In this document: one piece after another, positions 38,124-51,559 of the stretch
Numbering within the stretch: the stretch's first letter is position 1
How the letters are laid out: each line of letters begins with the position of its first letter
From: Octopus sinensis
Taxonomy: Eukaryota
Direction: 5' to 3'
Assembly (NCBI RefSeq): GCF_006345805.1
Contig: NC_043017.1
Span: 24,180,001 to 24,244,000 of the forward strand
DNA: 64,000 nt
The notes under the pieces: generated by a model
The model's input: the letters and a program-made list of their open reading frames with translations, nothing else
Told to the model about the DNA's origin: nothing
Databases searched by the model: none
Translations under genes and position numbers: made by a program

Positions 38124-39172
38124 AGGGTCTGTCATGAGCCTAAATACTCAAAAAGCCGAAATTTAACCCAGTTTCCATGGGGTATAAATAACTTGAGATT
38201 ACATTTCCCCCCCCCCCCTGAACGGGACGCTAGTCCATTTCAGAGTTAACTTTCCACCCAATACTGGAACTCATTTACAGCTGAGTGGACTGGTGCAACA
38301 TGAAATGAAGTGCTTTGCTCAAGAACACAACGCATCGCCCGGTCGGGGAATCGAAACCATGGTCTCAAGGCCACTATATTACCTTCATTAAATAATCTGT
38401 TTATTATGGATTTAGTTATAATCCCAATGAAGAAAAACATCTGTACAGCTGAGGTGATTTTCTTCACCCTTTTACGTCATCTCCTCTCAGACAAGATATT
38501 TTTGTTTCAAATATACTATCCAATTTCATAAATTCACCCAAAAATTTCTTAAGAAAATAACGCCCATTCACTTATCTAGCAGGTAACATCTCTTCTCTTC
38601 ACACACAGAGAAAAGAAAGAAAGAGAATACAATTTGAAATTGTAAAATACGACACAAAGAACAACCTGATAAAACAGTTAATATATATTTCCAACAACTC
38701 TGGCCTTGAGAAGGCTGCTTGCAAACAAATGAACCGGATAGAGTTATCGTTACAAAATTATGAAAAACAAAAATTCTGCAGTACTTCAAAAAAATCTAAA
38801 GAACCTTATAAGTAATTGCCATTTCTAGACATAACCAAATCGTTGAGACATTCCTCGGGATTTCTTTGTTCGCAAAATCATAAAAGCAAAAGTCCTCTAA
38901 TTGCCTATTTTCAATGCAAAAGTCTTTCAAGTTGAAACCACATACAGACACACACATATACATACATACACACACACATGTGCACGCATTCACACAAATA
39001 CACACATATGTACACATACACAAATACACAGACATACTCTAATACATACACACAACTACACACGCTAAATGTAACTAAGACAAAGACAGCAATATTATGG
39101 ACGAGATGGCAATGCATCGAGATCCTTCGTGCATTATTAAGAGGAGGACCTAGCGTAAATCAACCCTTCCTA

Positions 39173-39535
39173 GGCGAAGCTGTGTGGTTAAGAAGTTTGC
39201 TTCCCAACCACATGGTCTTGAGTTCAATCCCACTGCGCGGCACTTTGGACAAACCCGACCAAAGCCATGTGGGTGGATTTGGTAGATGGAAACTGATAGA
39301 AGCCCGTCGTGTATGTGTGTGTGTTTGTGTTGTGCTGTGCTTGTTCCGCACAACAGCTTTGCAACCCGTGTTGGTATGCTTGCGTTCCAGTAACTTAGCG
39401 GTTCGGCAAGAGACCGATAGAATAAATTCCAATCTTTAATTCTTTTTAAAACGTAAGAACTGGGAACGATTTGTCTAGGCGGTGCCCCAGCATGGCCGCA
39501 GTCCAATGACTGAAATAAGTAAACGATAAAAAGAT
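39173..39535 (+). mobile_element. SINE family A
   Basis: Head, core and tail present. Confidence 0.85.
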
Positions 39536-39540
39536 ACGCC

Positions 39541-40070
39541 TGGAATAAGCCGAAAGACGACTAGAATCAAAGATCGTAGGACGGCACCGAAGACGCCCCC
39601 ACCCAGGGTATCGCCGCCCATAACGCAGAGAAAACTAATGTTAAGAGCCCGACCGGCCATTAATCAGGTGTTTGTCCGGATCCCGTTTTCTGACCCCGCA
39701 CTGCCGATTTCGTCAGCAAAATCGGGATACCTGCGGGCCCCGCAAGGTGGTGGCGAAGAGAGGCTGCGGTAGCGAGTGTCGCCGGCCATTCTTTGCAGCA
39801 ACGGCATCCTGGTTATGTCTGCAGGGCACGACTTGAACACGCTATTTGTTCTGGAGTGTAACTCTCCCCGCTTATCTTCTGTTGATCAACATCCTCCATC
39901 TACCCCAACACACACACACTTTTTTTTCTTTTACAAAGGGAATAGAATACGGTAAAATCGTAAAGACTTTATCAAAAGGCGGGAATATTCGGCGGAAAGC
40001 CTGAATGCGTCAGGAAATTATTATTAATACCGGGAAATTCCCGCATAATGCGGGAACGTCAATAAGCTTT
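39541..40070. promoter_or_regulatory. GC- and CpG-rich unique island (candidate promoter or 5' exon)
   Basis: Visibly the most GC-rich non-SINE stretch in the window. Possible plus-strand donors at 39952 (cg|gtaaaa) and 40107 (gg|gtattt) precede a strong acceptor at 40166. Confidence 0.4.
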
Positions 40071-40186
40071 TATATATATATTAATATAGAGAAATCACCG
40101 ACCTGGGTATTTCTGTTGCTTCGTTTTCTTTTCCATTTTTTTTCTTTTTTTTTTTTTTTGTCTTAGTTCTAAACGTTTATAAAGCA

Positions 40187-40270
40187 ATGAAGATGCAACA
40201 AATCACCATCATCATCATCTATTTTATTACGATATTTGCCTGGAGAGAGATAAGCAGCGCCAGCACCCAG
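40187..40270 (+). CDS. Candidate signal-peptide exon MKMQQITIIIIYFITIFAWREISSASTQ (unspliced ORF ends at 40297, 36 aa)
   Basis: About 45-nt pyrimidine tract ending gtcttag at 40166, ATG 20 nt downstream with a purine at -3, and n/h/c-region architecture with an SSA cleavage-like site. The CAG|GTGGAA donor is weak and part of the h-region is (ATC)n. Confidence 0.35.
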
Positions 40271-40469
40271 GTGGAAAATAGCTTGACACAACAATAAAAA
40301 AAAAAAAATCGTTCATCCTTCTATGTTTGATTCAACTGGGTTTTTTTTTTTTGTTATTCATTTATTTATATCTATCTGTCTATTTATTTGTTTTGGCATT
40401 TATAACATTTCTGTGAAAATAAAAAAAAAACAAACGTGTGAGCTTGCATGATGAAGAAGAAACCATATA

Positions 40470-40515
<46 letters not shown>

Positions 40516-40724
40516 GGTGGAATACAGGAAGGGAGGGAGGGGAGTTTCGTCGTGTTCTTGGTAAACAAAGACACAACCCAGTTTCAGGCTATTACACAAT
40601 ATTGCGTTCTCAAGACGTCGCTTCTATTCACGTCTGTGGAATATGTGGAAGAAATATTTATTGAGCTGTACGTTTTATATTTGCTGTCTGTGTGCATTTA
40701 TAGAGACAGGGAGAGAGAGACAGA

Positions 40725-40764
<40 letters not shown>

Positions 40765-41209
40765 CAGACAGGCAAATGGAGAGAGGGGAGAAAGAGAGAG
40801 AGAGAGAGAGACAGACACGGGTAGAGAAAACGCATTCAGATAGAAAACAAGCAAATATGTGCGCGCATACGTGTGTGTGTGTGTCTAAGAACGTGATAAA
40901 AACATTGATAGCCATGCATTTCGCAGCATAGCAAAGAATGGTTGATTGCATATTCAAAGAAACCAAGATGTTGTGGTTTTTAGGTATATCGTTTTTTTAA
41001 CGCAACGACTGAAGAAAAATCCCGGGAGAATCGAATGCGCCACACAACCCGTGTTTCGGTCTCCTGGACAGGACTGTTTCGCATCGCTTTTATACCACGT
41101 ATTCTTTGGGAAAAGAAAAAAAATATGAAAGCGAATATCCTCTCATTTGGCCAATTTAATATTCCGCCTGAAATTGCGTACACACAACAGCAAAAGAGCA
41201 TTAGGCACG

Positions 41210-41388
<179 letters not shown>

Positions 41389-41526
41389 ACGCACCATCAT
41401 CGTATATGCATTTTCATTGCAGTACATGTATATATGTAGCTAGATGTATGTATATGTACATCTGAATGTGTTTTGTACGTGCATATGTCACTATATATAT
41501 AATGTCATTATATGTGTATACTGAAG

Positions 41527-41611
<85 letters not shown>

Positions 41612-41805
41612 CATACATATATATGTATATATACATGCATTATATGTATATATACATGCATTTATGTGTATATATAGATGCATATATATGTATATATACA
41701 TGCATATATGGGTACAGGACATCAAAAAATACGTTGAACACAATGAGAAACGAAAACATAGAAACGAACTTTTATTTTTGAACAACGAAAAAAAACAGAG
41801 AAACG

Positions 41806-41842
<37 letters not shown>

Positions 41843-42264
41843 TGTATATGTTGTGTGTATAAACGTGCATGTTAACATACGTGCAGTTCGTATCAAAATA
41901 TGTACGCAGCCACGCATACGTATAACCAATTACACAGTGCAGAGAAATTTAGAAAGAAAAAAAAATTAATATCTCATGATAAAAAGAAATATGTGCAGTG
42001 CATTGAAATGGTGCACCGATATAAACCGGTTGCACTCCGAACATATTGATAGCTGCAACAAGTATGTATGTAAACAGAGTTTACATGCATGCCTGTGTAG
42101 GCTCTCTTTTGTCGTGGCTTGCTTCTGCCTGTATCACATGCCTTGGTCATCAATTGCTACACGCACTTGGTATTTTGTGGGTGTGTGTGTGTGTTTATAT
42201 GCGCTTTTGTGAGCGAATATCAGAATTTGATTAAATACGCGTGAGTGTGTGTGTGTGTTTGTGA

Positions 42265-42286
42265 AGGTAGGTAGATAGATAGATAG

Positions 42287-42341
<55 letters not shown>

Positions 42342-42415
42342 GCAGATGGATAGATAGATAGATAGATAGATAGATAGACAGACAGGCAGGCAGACAGGCA
42401 GACAGACAGACAGGC

Positions 42416-42458
<43 letters not shown>

Positions 42459-42487
42459 CAGACAGGCAGGCAGGCAGACAGACAGGC

Positions 42488-42562
<75 letters not shown>

Positions 42563-42566
42563 CAGA
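42265..42566. repeat. (TAGA)n/(CAGA)n/(CAGG)n compound microsatellite
   Basis: Direct inspection. Confidence 0.97.
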
Positions 42567-43122
42567 TTCGTTAAATAGACGGCTCTATATACATTTGTAT
42601 ATAGCTAAACATGCATACAATATACATTATACAGAGAGGAGGGAGAAAGATAGCTTGAGAGAGAACAAGATGTGTCTATTATTTCTTTGGGTTGTAAGAT
42701 AGGTGGGGAAAAACACAATGCTTATATTAGAAGGTTTTAGTTTATTAAATTAAAATATGGTCGTGCATTTTTTATTAATTTATTCCAGTTGGTCTTTCAA
42801 AAGAAACGAGCAAAGCTTTATAATCCATAAATTGAATAATAAAGAGAAGCAAGAACATGCCTTCACAAGCACGCGGTATAGTGGTGCTCCTATCAACCAA
42901 TATTATATTATATTGGTCTCGGAACAGAACAGAGCTTCGATAAGCACCGGGAGTGAGAGAGGGGGAGAGAGAGAGAGTTTCGGGTTTAAGTAAACCCCAC
43001 AAATTATTTTCTAATAAAAAAGGGTTTATGTGTGATGAATTAGTGGATGTGTACACATGCAAATATGAATATATATATATATATATAAAAGAAAGTAGGC
43101 TAGAATGCCAAGCATGTGTGTA

Positions 43123-43153
<31 letters not shown>

Positions 43154-43181
43154 ATGTGTGTGTGTGCGCGCGTGTGTGTGT

Positions 43182-43245
<64 letters not shown>

Positions 43246-44062
43246 TAGCAACGACAATAAAATAAGAAGTGACGAGAAAAATTAGACGAAATGCCAGAGA
43301 CAAAAAGTGATGCTGCGAAAAATATAAATGGACAATACTCTTTAACTCGGTGGGATGATGAAGATGATGATGCCGATGGTGATGGTGACAATGATGATGA
43401 TGGCTATTATACTACGACGACGGCGATGTTGCTAACGATAATAATGGTGATGATGATGATGGTGGTTGTACTCGCTTTCAAAAATTATTTAAAAAAAGTA
43501 CGAGAGAGAGGAAGTAGCAACTTTTCAATTAAGAGTCTTTTTTTTCTCAATTCAAAACAGACAATAAACAAATTAGGAAGAAATACTGAAGAACTGATTT
43601 CCGGAGCACTATAACCACCACCACCTTGTAACAATGGACCTAAGTTGAGAGTAATTTTCACCGAAACCGTATATATTTATAACTAAGCTGTAATCACCAC
43701 ACAGACACACGTTCGTACACAACAACAAACACCCACATCCCATATACACACACATTAATACTCCACATTCATTCATTTTATATATGTGTACAAGACATTC
43801 ATTCACGCACACACATACAGACATTCCTTCAAGCTCTCACCGTGCGGATATACACGCACGCACGCTCAAACACACACACATATACATGAACACAAACACG
43901 AACGAATATGACTGTAAAAATTCATAATATATAAGGAATTCGCAAATTAGATTAATTAAACGGGACACAACAGCTCTCATCGGGACGCAGACAATGCGTA
44001 CAACCATGTTAGCGGCGATTTGCTTCTGGATTCTCACTCACAGAGGAATACATACAACGGGT

Positions 44063-44144
<82 letters not shown>

Positions 44145-44227
44145 GGTGTTATACTTGTGTGTTAAATAGGATTGTTTTATACTTGATTTTTGAGCTAGGA
44201 AAAAAAAGGGATGGGTGTGACTAATTT

Positions 44228-44335
44228 GTGCAAGGGGTAAAGCCAAAACTATGAAGGGTAAAAAGTGAAAAAGGTTTGTACCAAGATTTAACACTAAATT
44301 AGTGGGGTGCGGCTTATACTCGAGCAAATGATGGT
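44228..44335. mobile_element. MITE end fragment homologous to the 77-bp satellite unit
   Basis: The reverse complement ctcgagtataagccgcaccccactaatttagtgttaaatcttggtacaaa...cccttcatagttttggctttacccc aligns by eye with units at 56843-57843. Confidence 0.75.
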
Positions 44336-45179
44336 GTGTGATGCTGTTGTTTTGTATTATTACATATACTGACATTGTACGACTGTCTTCTTCGTTAGAA
44401 GCCTAATAATGCTGGGACAACAATTAAGGGTTTCTTGTGTATTGGTAGGAAACGTGGCGCGTACGCACACAGACACACCACAGAGAGAGACAGACAGACA
44501 GACAGAGAGACAGGCAGGCAGGCGGAGACAGAGAGAACAAAAAGCATGCATGTGTTGGTGTGTATGGCATCCTGAAATTGAAGATTTCAAACGGAAACTT
44601 CTCACAGCACGAAGCAAAAAGCCGGTATATCCTGGGCTTTACGCATGCACTTTGTATGCAATAAGATTTAGCACAATCAATGAAAGACACGTCATTTTTA
44701 AGACAGAGTTCCTTTAGGGTTCATTTAGACTTCAGAATAAGGGTGAGGGTAAAGTTCTAAGTTTAGGCTTCAGCGTTATAGGTTTAGGTTAACGATCAAA
44801 AGTTGAAGTTGCGATTCAGGCTTGGGGTAAAGGATTAAGCGACGGAATGGTCACGGCCGGAAAGCTACAGTTGCTTTGGAATTACTTTGCGCATTACTCA
44901 TGACTCATCTTTGGTGCATGCAAGAAATATAAAAAGTAAACTGGACGGTTTACTTTCACTTTCACCACATTTAAAATAACAAAGAATATTCTCTTCCCAA
45001 TTCAACTCCAGATTTTTTCAAGTAACTCATATAAGGCATAAATTTTCTGTAAAACTATATAATTCTTGATGAATCTCTCAAAGCTGCAAAATAATTATCC
45101 AAAATTCCATTTTCTTAATAAATAAAATCTGCACGGCACTTCAAACAACAATCTATCTATCTATGTATCAATATATATA

Positions 45180-45368
45180 TCATCATCATCATCATCATCA
45201 TCCTCGTTTAACGTCTGCTTTCCATGCCAGCATGAGTTAGACGATTTTGGCTGAGGGCTGGCGAACCAGATGGCTGCACCAGGCTCCAATCTTGATCTGG
45301 CAGAGTTTCTACTGCTGGATGCCCTTCCTAACGCCAACCACTCCGAGAGTGTAGTGGGTGCTTTTTAC
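45180..45368 (-). mobile_element. Repeat family C, 3' part
   Basis: (CAT)n tail and ggatgcccttcctaacgccaacc core. Confidence 0.85.
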
Positions 45369-45600
45369 ATATATTGTAACCACATGTGAATCGTTGGTGA
45401 TTTTTTTTACCTCTGTCTTCTTTTTCTATTGGACTTTACTCTGTCTCCTCTGTTTCCGAAGAAGAGCTTTGCTCAAAACATAAAACCACCTTTCTTTCCC
45501 TCCTCGAGCATCTGCTAAATACTTTACATGTACCACGTCCTCGCATTGTCGTTTTTTGTGTTTGTTCTTCATTTTTGGGGATTTACTATATACATATATA

Positions 45601-45764
45601 GTGGCTGTGTAGTGGCTGTGTGGTAAGTAGCTTGCTAACCAACCACATGGTTCCGGGTTCAGTCCCACTGCGTGGCATCTTGGGCAAGTGTCTTCTGCTA
45701 TAGCCCCGGGCCGACCAAAGCCTTGTGAGTGGATTTGGTAGATGGAAACTGAAAGAAGCCTGTC

Positions 45765-45809
<45 letters not shown>

Positions 45810-46050
45810 ATATATGTATGTATGTGTGTGTGTGTTTGTGTGTCTGTGTTTGTCCCCCTAGCATTGCTTGACAACCGATGCTGGTGCTGGTGTGTTTACG
45901 TCCCCGTCACTTAGCGGTTCGGCAAAAGAGACTGATAGAATAAGTACTGGGCTTACAAAGAATATGTCCCGGGGTCGATTTGCTCGACTAAAGGCGGTGC
46001 TCCAGCATGGCCGCAGTCAAATGACTGAAACAAGTAAAAGAGTAAAGAGT
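45601..46050 (+). mobile_element. SINE family A, young full-length copy
   Basis: Matches 52924-53332 in inverted orientation, including diagnostic variants. Confidence 0.93.
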
Positions 46051-46963
46051 ATATATATATGGTGAACTAGTTAAGTTGTTAGAGGATTAGATAAACTGCC
46101 TTGCCCTATTCATTTCACATTCCCGCTATCTTAGTTTAAATCCTGTCAAATTCAACTTTTATGCCTTTAAGGTCTATAATTAAGACAGTTCAGTATTGCA
46201 TTCAATTCTTTTTCTCTCCCTGTTTCTTTCTCTTAGCCTGTCTTTGTACCTCTCTTTGTACAAGAAATTGGCTGTGTTCTGCATAAATATACATACATAC
46301 ACTAATATATAGATATACAATACATACATATACACATATATATGCATACACATAAACATGCATACACACACACTACATATAGTAACAATAAACAGAAAAT
46401 ACAATTGATAATTTTAAGCTTTATATAGCATACACACGTTTTCAAAAATCAATCCTCACTATTACGCAAGCCAGTTGGCCTTACAGTGCAATGCAATCAA
46501 CTCACTTCCTCGGTATTTATCACCAAACATGGGTAGAATTCTCTAAATTGGCTTACGCAGCAAGTTTATAGTTGTTATCAAAATGTGTGAGCAGAGTGTG
46601 AAACTATTGAATCAAAATCTTTTGGTATGGTGTCACGTGTTCCATTGCACTTTAAAAGTTACAGTATTACATCCCAATCAGGTGAGCGCTTCTGACAGAT
46701 GCATGGGAATAAACAATTCTTGGGATAATCTTTTACGAAGGTACCTACAACTAAGCTACATTTTGATTATTATTACTATAATGTGGCTGGAATAATGTGT
46801 ACTAGCCTATCAGGAGGTATGATGGTTATTGTTAAACCACATTGTGCATAGGAGTGAAGAATAGTACCATCTACCAACCCCAAAACTCCTGGTAATGTGT
46901 TCTGCCTTCAAGTACACTTTTTAAATTACACACACACACACATATATATAGATAGAAAGATAG

Positions 46964-46996
<33 letters not shown>

Positions 46997-47000
<4 letters not shown>

Positions 47001-47174
47001 ATTTGAAAACCCCACTAGAATGGGAGAAAGCGCTAATACATGATCTAAGTTATATGATGTATAAAAAATGTAATATACAAATAAATATCTGTAAATATAA
47101 ACCATCCGATTTTCTGAGTACCTCATCTCTTCTAATATAAAATACCTGTACATCATCTCCAAACCTTCCTATGC

Positions 47175-47235
<61 letters not shown>

Positions 47236-47412
47236 TTGATTTGAAAACCCCACTAGAATGGGAGAAAGCGCTAATACATGATCTAAGTTATATGATGTAT
47301 AAAAAATGTAATATACAAATAAATATCTGTAAATATAAACCATCCGATTTTCTGAGTACCTCATCTCTTCTAATATAAAATACCTGTACATCATCTCCAA
47401 ACCTTCCTATGC

Positions 47413-47471
<59 letters not shown>

Positions 47472-47472
47472 G
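46997..47472. repeat. Near-perfect 238-bp tandem duplication bounded by (TA)n
   Basis: The unique parts 46997-47174 and 47235-47412 appear identical. Confidence 0.92.
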
Positions 47473-47541
47473 CATATATATTTATATATATGCATGTATA
47501 TATATATGTCAATAGAGGTATTTATATATATACATATAAAT

Positions 47542-47839
47542 GTGTGAAGGCGCGTGGTTTAGTGGTTAGACCATTCTGCTTGATTCTTGGTGGCATGTTG
47601 TGTTTCTGGACAAGATCCTTTATTTCACGTTGCTCCAGTCCACTCAGCTGGCAAAAATGAGTTGTACATGCAATTTAAAGGGCCAACCATGTCACACTGA
47701 ATCTCTCTGAGAACTACATTAAGGATAAACCTGACTGTAAAATGTTCAGTTCAGCCACATGCACATTAATTTCACAAGCAGGCTGTTCCATTGAGCAAAT
47801 CAACAGGAACCCTCATCATCATAACCAAAAGAATGCCAG
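47542..47839 (+). mobile_element. SINE family D, CpG-decayed copy
   Basis: Homologous to 31588-31900. Confidence 0.85.
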
Positions 47840-48162
47840 TCTTTATATAAACATAAATATGCATATATACATATTATAATAGATCAGGATTCAACTGAAT
47901 CAGGTACTTAAATGGTAAGGCACCAGGTCGGGTCGAAAAGTAAAATTTGTACACAGCAAAGATGGAGGAATACATATGCGGGTACCAAAGTACAGGCAGA
48001 TATATTTAAGTTATGCATAGGATTAACTGTACCCGACTGAGTATGTCACTAGCCCTGAAGCCAATCAACAAACATACATTGCACTAAATGTACAGTCCAT
48101 AATATACTTTGGATCTATGCAAGGAACAGATTCCGAGAGAAGTGAATAATAACTAAATAAAT

Positions 48163-48445
48163 CATCATCATCATCATTGTCCGACCGTGGTCGAGACAAT
48201 GGAATTTACCATGCTACGCCAGACTTCACGGTCCATCATGGCATTACGGAGGTCCTGTTGCTGGATGCCTGTATCCCTGGAGATTACATCAGGGTAGGAG
48301 AGTGTGCACCCTCTGGTATTGCGAGTAGATGGCTTCCAGAGGAGAAGAGTAGAAATTACCTCTTTTTCAGCTCTACAACAATGTCCAGCAAACTGGACTC
48401 TCTTACCTTTCACAAGAGATGACACAGGTGGTAGTTTCCCATATA
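48163..48445 (-). mobile_element. RTE-clade LINE, 5'-truncated 3' end with (TGA)n tail
   Basis: LYGKLPPVSSLVKGKRVQFAGHCCRAEKEVISTLLLWKPS...MMDREVWRSMV is the RTE ORF C-terminus; the tail lies at 48163-48177. Confidence 0.88.
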
Positions 48446-48942
48446 ATAATAAATAAATAACAGATAGATAATGTGGCAATTCACTACAGCTGTTTCCAAC
48501 AAATTTTTAACTGACTAAAGGAGACATTACATCATTACAAAGAACCATTTTCATCAAGTAAAAATATGAACAACAACAGTCAAAAACTTTCAAAAGCCAA
48601 CAGCATGTGCACCTTCATGATTCTATGACCCTTGCTGGGTATTATACATATGTATACATCACCATCATTTGCATTTAATGACCATTTTCCATGCTAGCAT
48701 GGGTTGGATGGTTTGACAGGGTCAGTGGATCCACAAGATGCATCATACTTCGATTTCTGCATTGGCAAAGTTTTTACAGTTCGATGCCTTTCCAAATGCC
48801 AACTACTTCAGAGTGTATACTGGGTGTTTTCTTCATTCCACAAGTGCCAGTGAGGTGGCGCTGCAGCTTGCAAGCCTATGAAACCTGAGAAGAGGAGCAT
48901 TATGCTAGTCAATGGAGGTCAAGGTATGAAACAATTTTTCAA

Positions 48943-49097
48943 ATACCGCCGAGGTCGACTTTACCTTTCATCCTTTCGGAGTCGATAAATTAAGTACCAG
49001 TTACGCACTGGGGTCGATGTAATCGAATTAATACCTATGTCTGTCCTTGTTTGTCCCCTCTATGTTTAGCCCCTTGTGGGTAATAAAGAAATAGGTA
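48943..49097 (+). mobile_element. SINE family B, headless unit
   Basis: Body through gtaataaagaaata, followed by ggtat. Confidence 0.88.
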
Positions 49098-49402
49098 TGA
49101 AACAAGGAGATGAGAAAGAGTAGGTTCTACTGGTAGACGAACCCAATGGTTACTCACATTTTGGTGAGAGAAATGTATCAGTAATAACAGCAGAGACAAA
49201 CAGTGGGAAAAAAGGTCTCCAGGTGGAATATATATATATATAATATATATATATACACACGTGAGGATGTGCACAAGAAATATATTAATTTGATGCTCGG
49301 TGAAGGGAGAGAGGTGTTGCCAATGTTTTGAGCATAGCTCTTCATCGGAAACAGCAAAGTCCAGAGAAAGAAGGGAAAATCGCTAACAGTCCAAGTGTGG
49401 CT

Positions 49403-49452
<50 letters not shown>

Positions 49453-49619
49453 TATACATATTCCCCTGCTGTTCTAGGCCTGAAGTCCTGGCAATGCTAG
49501 TAACATTTTCATGCCAGGAATTGAACACATATGCATACATACATGTGTGTATGTGTGTATATATATATATATATATATTGAGGTCTCTTTCATTCTTTTG
49601 TTGTCTTACCATTTCTATC

Positions 49620-49865
49620 AATATATATATACATACATACATATGTACACATACATATATACACACACACAGATACATATGCATACATACATATATATAT
49701 ACACACACACATATATGTACGTATGCATATATACATACACATATATATGCATACATACTCATATACACATACATGCACATACATATATATATACATATAT
49801 CCATAAACACGTGTATATCCATATAATATATACACATATGTATATACACGTTTGCATATATATAC

Positions 49866-49914
<49 letters not shown>

Positions 49915-51064
49915 CACACACACACATAAATACATAACCATATAAAAATATATCTGGTGCAGCCCCTCACCTTACCTGCCCTGATCAAACCGTCCAAACC
50001 ATGCAAGCATGGACAACGGACGTTAAACGATGATGATGACGATGATCTTGTGCGTTTATAATTACTGGCGTAATGACCCTCCCAAGACTCAAGATTTGTT
50101 TCAATACAAGAATTCACATCAAGAATCTTACAAACATATCCATACACATATATACATATGCATACACACACATATATATATATATACATACATATATATA
50201 TATATATATATACATGCACATATATAAACGTATATAAGTACGTAATCATACATATCCCTATATACACGTTCACATATACATATGTATACATACATATATA
50301 GTCGTGCATACACACAGATAACCATATATACATATGCTTACAGATACATATTTAAGCATTCGAAAGAATGCCCATATTTATATATGCACATATGTATACA
50401 AATGCATAAACTGATATATGTATGTATGTATGTATATATGTATTCACACATATCTAACTATACACACAAATGCAAGGAGCTATATATACATTTCTTTCAT
50501 TTATACACAGATCTACATCTACATTCATGCATATAGCAATATATATATTCATCTGTGCATACGCATATCTGCACATATACATCCTTAGGTATATATAAAC
50601 ACACATACATGCAGCTACGCATACACACAGAATGCATATATAAACATATACATATATATTCACACACAGGCACGCACACACCCACATATATATATATATA
50701 TATGTTTGGGCATGTATATATATGTTTGGGTATGTATGTATATATATACACGCACAACACATATATACACACACTATATATATATATATACACATACATA
50801 GATATACATATATACACACATGTATGTATGCATATTTACACATTCACAAACACACACACTATATATATATACACATAGATATACATATATACACACATCT
50901 ATGTATGCATATTTACACATTCACAAACACACACATACCTATATATAGACACATATATGTAATCTGTTTGTGCAGATACCACACACGCACACATGAGCCT
51001 GTGTATATGTGTGTGCCTCTGTGTGTGTATATATATATATGTGTGCCTGTGTGTGTGTGTGTGT
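49620..51064. repeat. Large compound (TA)/(CA)/(TACA) microsatellite region with a family C fragment at 49960-50046
   Basis: Direct inspection; explains the 247-249-aa Y/I/C/M ORFs. Confidence 0.9.
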
Positions 51065-51510
51065 AGATAAAGTGTGACGTGGTATGGTCGGTAGAAGCAC
51101 CAAAGAAAAAAAACTTTAAGACAGTAAAGACGACAGCAGCAGCACAAGTGGAGCGGTCGGTCTCTGCACGCAGACGAGGATTTCAAGACAAGAAAGAAAG
51201 AAAAAAGAAATGAAAAGAAAAAGAGATAAAAGCAAAGAAAAGAAACAAGATAAAGAACTACCGATCGAGTGGAGAGTCGATTCTACAACCAATACTTGAT
51301 GCTTATTACTATTATTATTATTATCAGAGAAGGGGATAAATATCTGACAATTGCACAAGAGCCTGAGACGGCCGCCGTGTTATAGATTAATACTTGACAG
51401 ATGCACATTGCCTCTTGTAATCGGCCATAAAACTAGAATCCTATGTTAAAATAAGGTTTGCGCGCGATATATATTTCATTGAGATAGTGAGAATTGAAAA
51501 AGGCCCTTAC

Positions 51511-51538
51511 CTGTTTTCTGAGAATTTTTACGAGCCAT
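51511..51538 (-). CDS. Candidate first coding exon MARKNSQKT(G-), phase 1
   Basis: gagATGG start context and a consensus donor CAG|GTAAGG at 51510, inside a CpG-retaining patch. No downstream exon was identified with certainty. Confidence 0.45.
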
Positions 51539-51559
51539 CTCTGAAAAATAATCTTTTTT

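Noticed and set aside
42789-42830. Alternative phase-0 exon LVFQKKRAKLYNP* for the signal-peptide candidate
   Set aside because: Very short, with an AT-rich acceptor and no clear branch site; it shows that basic motifs arise easily by chance here.
43291-43614. 107-aa ORF with an acidic run and a hydrophobic segment
   Set aside because: Both segments come from (GAT)n-type repeats, and there is no splice or homology support.
49178-50333. 247-249-aa ORFs
   Set aside because: Translations of TA/CA microsatellite (Y/I/C/M/V).
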